DNA from: Macrostomum lignano
Lineage: Eukaryota
NCBI GenBank assembly: GCA_002269645.1
Contig: NIVC01003357.1
Location: forward strand, 1 to 64,000
DNA length: 64,000 nt
Reading direction: 5' to 3'
The position numbers and the translations under genes were made by a program. Within the stretch, counting starts at the first letter, position 1; every line of letters starts with the position of its first letter. Positions 58,774 to 64,000 of the stretch are shown one piece after another. Under the pieces are notes generated by a model. That model saw nothing but the letters and a program-made list of their open reading frames with translations, did no database searches and was not told the origin of the DNA.

Positions 58774-61079
58774 ATGGCTGAGTTCTTTGAAGCGGTTGCA
58801 TCCATGTGCCTTCATGATGATTTCGAGCTGGAGCACTTTGATGAGGAACCTGCTGAGGCCGCCTGCTCTAGTACGGCGTCTAAATCTGGAGAGGCTCGCC
58901 ACAATGAGCAGCCAGATCCGAGCGTCCTGGTTCTGGACTCGCAATGCGATGAACTAGATGAAGCTGGGCCTTTTCCTGGTGAAGAGGGAAGCCTAGAGTC
59001 CGACGCTATTCTCTCTATCGACTGTTTGAAAGACTTAGCACGCAAAGAGTTTTTGTGCGTGTTTATCGTGTTCCTGATAGTTAATAGGGACATTCCTCTC
59101 GCTACTATGGACATAATATTAAAATCTTTCTTCGCTGCCAACTTTGTTGTTTGTTCGCTGTCCATGAGAATGGTGAAAAGAGTCATGGATCGTCTTGTGA
59201 TGGCTTGCAGCCATTTCTCCCTACTTGAAACATGTTCCATTTCTACATGTCAGCGTCGTTCTTCTCATGCTAGTCAAAGGTGTTGCGCTGCTCCTTTAAA
59301 TTATACTGCACACTTTGATGTAGGCTTCCAGCTTCAAATTATCATCGAGTCTCTATTTCAGTACATGGTTGATTTTAGCCAAAGCCAAGCTATTAAGACA
59401 GACGTACTTAAAAATTGTCCGATAATTTATGATACTGCCCAAGTTATTACAATCTTTTTGCATCTCTCCACTGATGGCTGTAGCTTGTACTCTAATTCTC
59501 CCTCTTCTTTGTGGCCTGTTCAAGCTCAAATTTTAAATCTTCCACCATTTTTGCGTTTTCAGCCAGAAAACTTCTTAATTTTTTCTTTCTTGGTGCAAAG
59601 AAGCCTAACTGGAAAACGTTTCTAGAAGACCATCTGGCTTCAGTTTTTGAAAAAACGTTCTGTTTTACTATTCGAAACAGGCCTATGCGTTTCCGTGTTA
59701 AACTCTTTTCGGCTACTTTTGATCTTCCTGCCTTGGCTAGCATACTAAACCATAAGCAATTTAATGGCGAGTTTGGTTGCCTTTACTGTGAAAATCCCGG
59801 TAGTACTGTTAAAGTCGGCCATGGATCCGCACGCAAGTATTCTGAGCCTCATTTATCTACTCCAGTTTCGAATGCTGTTTATTTATCACGAGTTCAACTA
59901 GTCTGTCTCTCTGGTGAGAAGAGCCTTTTTGGTATTAAGGGTGATTCTGTTCTTAGGAAGTACGTGCGCATTCCGGAAAATATTTTGCTTGATTCGTTGC
60001 ACTTTCTTTATGAAAATTGTTGTGGCACTCTAATGAAATATATGTTTGATGGTTCCTACCGACAACTGAGTTGCTACCTTGGGCGAAGTCTGCCTTTCTT
60101 TAATGATACTCTTAAAAGAGTCAGCGTGCCTAAGTCAGTAACAGTACCATTTTGTCTAGAGCTTCGCTCTTCGTGGAAAGCCAAGGATTACATGTTCGCT
60201 GCAATGTATCTATTGCCTATATTTGCTTTCCATTGCTTCAGTAGGAAAAATCAGGCATGCGCCATTGCTTTGCTTTCTTTTTCTCTTGTTTGTCATGTAG
60301 CAAATTCTGTAGACTGTGAGCACTACTTGGCGCTTCTCGATAAAGTAATTCAACACTTTATGTCAACTTTAGGAACTGCATTTGATGCCAATGTATACAC
60401 AATTAATTTTCATCTCCTGTGTCATTTGCCCGAACAGCTTCTCAATTTTGGTCCTCTAACAGGATACTCTATGTTCTCATTTGAGAGTCAATTTTCAACG
60501 GTAAAGAATTATATTCAAGGGACTCGATTCCATGTCAAGCAAATATGCGAAAAGCTCATTCTGCAAAAATGTTGCACTTTCTGTCTTAAGGAGGGAGCTG
60601 CTGCTCAATCTAACAGCCGCATTTTCGAGCTGCTCACTTATAAGTATAGAATTTTATCGAGCAGTCCTTCCGCCTGCTGGCGATTTCTATCCGCTTACGC
60701 AATAGCGCAAAACAATCGTCTCTTTTATGCTACTTCTTATCCGAAACTGCCCCCTACTCGGTCATGTATTGTGCAGTTGAAAGACGGCAGTTTCTGCAAA
60801 GTAGTTCGTTTTCTGAATGGCACCGATATTTTAGCTGATGTAATTTTTTTAGACGTCTGCAATTTACAAGACTTTTTGAATCTGTCCAATGTACCTATTG
60901 CTGCTGATATATTATGTTTAGCAAATACTTTCTTGTTTATTTGCCGCCCGTCTTCTAACACCTGTACTATTCCAGTGGGATGTAATTTTCTGCATCAGTG
61001 TGTTTCAGTCAATAATATTTTTCCCGATAAGGACTTGTGTCTCGTTATACCGGATTCTTGCCGCCATGAATATGGCTAA
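58774..61079 (+). pseudogene. EnSpm/CACTA transposase split by a single frameshift near 59575-59590
   Basis: ORF 58774-59625 has LSTDG and SLWPVQAQILNLPP. ORF 59511-61079, in the -1 frame, continues GAKKPNWKTFL, FDLPA, QFNGEFGCLYC, DSLH, INFHLLCHL, GPLTGYSMFSFES. These are CMC-EnSpm motifs. Confidence 0.88.
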
Positions 61080-63019
61080 ATTTGGGATGACTTAAAGCTG
61101 AGTAGGAACTGTTAAAACTGAGTAAGCACTACTAAGAATTGTATCTGTCGCGGATCGTTTTCAAAATATAGATCACTTGAACCAATCGCCATACAATAAT
61201 TCGCTTATTGCTTGCTAGTTGTGTATCTTGTTTGATTTTTTGTTGACTGTTGGATGTTAGAAAAAGGTAAAAATACGAGAAAACATTTTGTGTGTACTCA
61301 AATTTCAATTTTAATGACTTTTAACGTTTCACTTTCTGTGCAGCTTTAATTTGGGTGTTATATAAATATAATAATGGAATGCAATCGTGCATATTGTACT
61401 AATTGTACATTATAAACTGCCCAATAGTAACCGAGTCTGGTCAGAAAAACATCCTCTCATGTGTTTATCGTCTTCCTTACATTAATTTTCTAATCTAAAA
61501 ATTCATAACATCGGCAAAAGCCATACATGCTACTCAGAGTAAACTGTGTGTCTATCCACCGAAAGTAATTGCAATCGGATTGCGCCAGAAATTGCATAAA
61601 TTACAATTTAATTGGTCTAAATTGCAAAACTTACAATCCGCGTGTGCAAAATTGCTAAAATTGCAATTTCGATTGTAATCAGCTTATCCAAAATTGCAAT
61701 TGACGTGCACGCAATTGGCAATTATTGTACAATTTCGGCAAGTAGATTGCAATTTTCGACAATTTCTTGTAATTTCGGTCGACTAGGGTGGGCTAAACTT
61801 CAAAAGATGAGTCTGTGTAGGGCCTATATAAATTTCAAATGTACTAGCCTACCTAAACCTTAGTGCTTAGGCTTAGGCTTACAATCAGTCTGTAGCAAAA
61901 GGTGCAAAACCCACTTAGTTTAAGTCAAACTATTAGGCCAACACAACACAGCGGCTATAAATAACGAATATGCCTATGGAAGATAGTTGAACTGGCTTAG
62001 CTTCGCCTACTCTAGCGTTAACCATATATTATGTAATTTAATACTTGGCAGTTGTTGTTATTTGTCCGCCAATAACCGGACGAATAGCCATTTTATTTTT
62101 GTCCGGTTAAATCGTTAATACTAGTTATATCTATTTTAAAGTGATGTATATTCTGGATTTTTAACATTTTTACTCGTATCTTAATTAATATTTTGTTATA
62201 CCAATGAAAGCCAAGCACACGTGTGTGCTCACGCGATATTTCTTGCTGAAAAAATTAACTTGCACGTTGACTGTGATTGAAGCTGCCGAATTGTTCAGTT
62301 AGATTTATATTACTCCGGATATTCATATTCGTATGTGTTACAAGAAGTGTACACTGTAGCTTCCTATCTTACGCTTATTAAAAAATCTTCATGTTTTACT
62401 GATAGTATAGAAATTAGTTAATAAAAGTTGTCCCATGTGTGTGAGTTGAGATATATTGCTATTAATCAATCGTACATGTATATATAATCTGCTGATAATT
62501 GTGCAACATGGAAACAAACATGAAGTAAAGAGTAAACGTACACTCTGTATTTTAGTATAGGAAGAAGATCGAAAAGGGCAGGCAGACGTACATGCACCAT
62601 GCATGCATGCATGTACATGTATAGAACGATGGAATGTAAGCAGTTACAGATGCATATGTATAGTCTTTGAACTATTGAACATATATCAATGCACAAGTAC
62701 AATACATAGTACACAATACAAATCATGAAACAATGCAGTGACTATATCTTGTACTTATTTGGCATTTCGCCGTATTAATTTATATGTTTAAAATGATATA
62801 TAGGGCGTTGCAGTAAAAAATCTAGATACAAAAACGGAGTCTACAAAAAAAGAAATTAATCTGCTCATAATTCTGTTCGTCAAAATGTATATTAAGGTCG
62901 CTCCTGCACAAGGCGACCTAGCTCATACTCTTTGTTTCCTGCATAAATTCTGTACTGCCTCTTTTCTTTCCCACAGACCATTTGAAGCTTCTGTCTAGCC
63001 CACAGATCCAAAAAATTTG

Positions 63020-63552
63020 TTATCCTAAAGTTTTAAGATCTGTGTCCAGTCTAGCTGTTCGCTTCGCCTCCTCCTCACGCCTCGCTTCCTCCTCCCTGGC
63101 GCAAGACCAGACATCGCCGATGTCGAAAGATGTCGGCGGAGCACACAAAATACTCAGGGCCTTTTCCCGAAGTTGGCAGCACGCTAGATTTTCGAAGGAT
63201 GCTCCACCAACAGCAGATACATGGTACGTGATGAACCCCATGCCCAGCATGCAAGCTGAAAGTCGTCAGAACGACTGACTCCCTGATGAATCTGCCGCAA
63301 CATGAGCGGCGATACTACTAGTCGTTTTCTTGACACCTGTAGTCCCAGCTCTCGCTTGGCGCTTCGCAGGAGGAGAGTGGCCGTATAAGCGGCATGCTTT
63401 GTAAGATCTGGTGCAGAATTGACCATAAGGACAGGGCAGCTGGCGTCAGAAGCAACGCTGCCGTACGCGCGCAAACGCGTCCCGACTAGGCTGGCCAGGT
63501 AGTCGAGCAGGCTGTTCAGCGGACAGGATACAGCAAAGAAGCTCGTTTCCAT
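63020..63552 (-). pseudogene. Probable tyrosine-recombinase remnant of a DIRS/Ngaro-type retroelement
   Basis: PDLTKH...LLLRSAKRELGLQVSRKRLVVSPLMLRQI...DFQLACWA resembles the segment preceding the first catalytic Arg in DIRS-group YRs. The reading frame breaks afterwards. Confidence 0.45.
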
Positions 63553-64000
63553 AAAAATGGTGAACAGATATGCTTGTATTCAGGTACTAGTTAAACTAGT
63601 TTAAGTGGCCCCTGCTTGTATTCTTCCACAAGTGCAAGAGAATCCTTCTTCACGTCTTCAGATTCGTGAAGACCATCGGTCTTGTTTTTTTCGCTTTTTT
63701 AAGTCACTCGTGTGATTTGGATGTTAAATTTGATGACGACAAGAGCTGCGGGTGTTAAACGCGGATTTAATCAAGTGAAGACTGGAATTCGACGCTGAAA
63801 AGCTTCGAGGACTTAAATTATGTAGCTTTTAAGTGCAGTTTTTAACTCTACTCCCAAAGGCTCACAGGGAATGTATTAAGTTATATTTTTAACGTACGAG
63901 GATCCATATGCATATGAATATGTGCTCGTACATGTACGGTTGGTCGAATATGCTTGCTTAGAATGGCAGAATGAGAATATATACGAAGCTTAACATTGGA

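Larger units (their letters stand above)
54352..61788 (+). mobile_element. CACTA/EnSpm (CMC) DNA transposon, 7.4 kb, two ORFs
   Basis: Termini CCCTAGACGACCG / CGGTCGACTAGGG, 2-bp TSD TG/TG, AATTGCAA(T)-rich subterminal repeats at both ends, and an EnSpm-type transposase. Confidence 0.9.

Overview
Eukaryotic, intron-rich invertebrate genomic DNA. The GC- and CAG-rich exons and dense minisatellites suggest a flatworm such as Macrostomum, which is inference only. No prokaryotic systems or CRISPR arrays were found. Four host genes can be rebuilt exon by exon: an E74/ELF-class ETS factor (+, 4386-7427), an FBXO25/32 (atrogin-like) F-box gene (+, 28114-31585), LRRC59 (-, 41602-34673) and a divergent Rheb GTPase (-, 54219-44271). 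Most of the rest is transposable-element DNA whose ends and target-site duplications (TSDs) can be read directly. An apparently intact Sola2-type DDD transposon with a PHD-finger transposase (10513-20066) carries a hAT MITE and a non-autonomous CACTA element. That CACTA element holds a tRNA-SINE and a 64-bp 28S rDNA fragment spanning the R2/I-PpoI site. A Mutator-like element sits in the Sola terminus, and a second one sits in that element's TIR. Further elements are a 7.4-kb CACTA/EnSpm element with a BEN-like accessory ORF and a frameshifted transposase (54352-61788), several MITEs, two 5'-truncated LINEs and a probable tyrosine-recombinase remnant. The most notable observations are: a satellite whose last unit supplies a coding-exon splice acceptor behind more than a dozen near-identical decoys; the captured rDNA fragment; serial insertion into transposon ends; the PHD- and BEN-bearing transposons; and a Rheb with rewritten switch regions.
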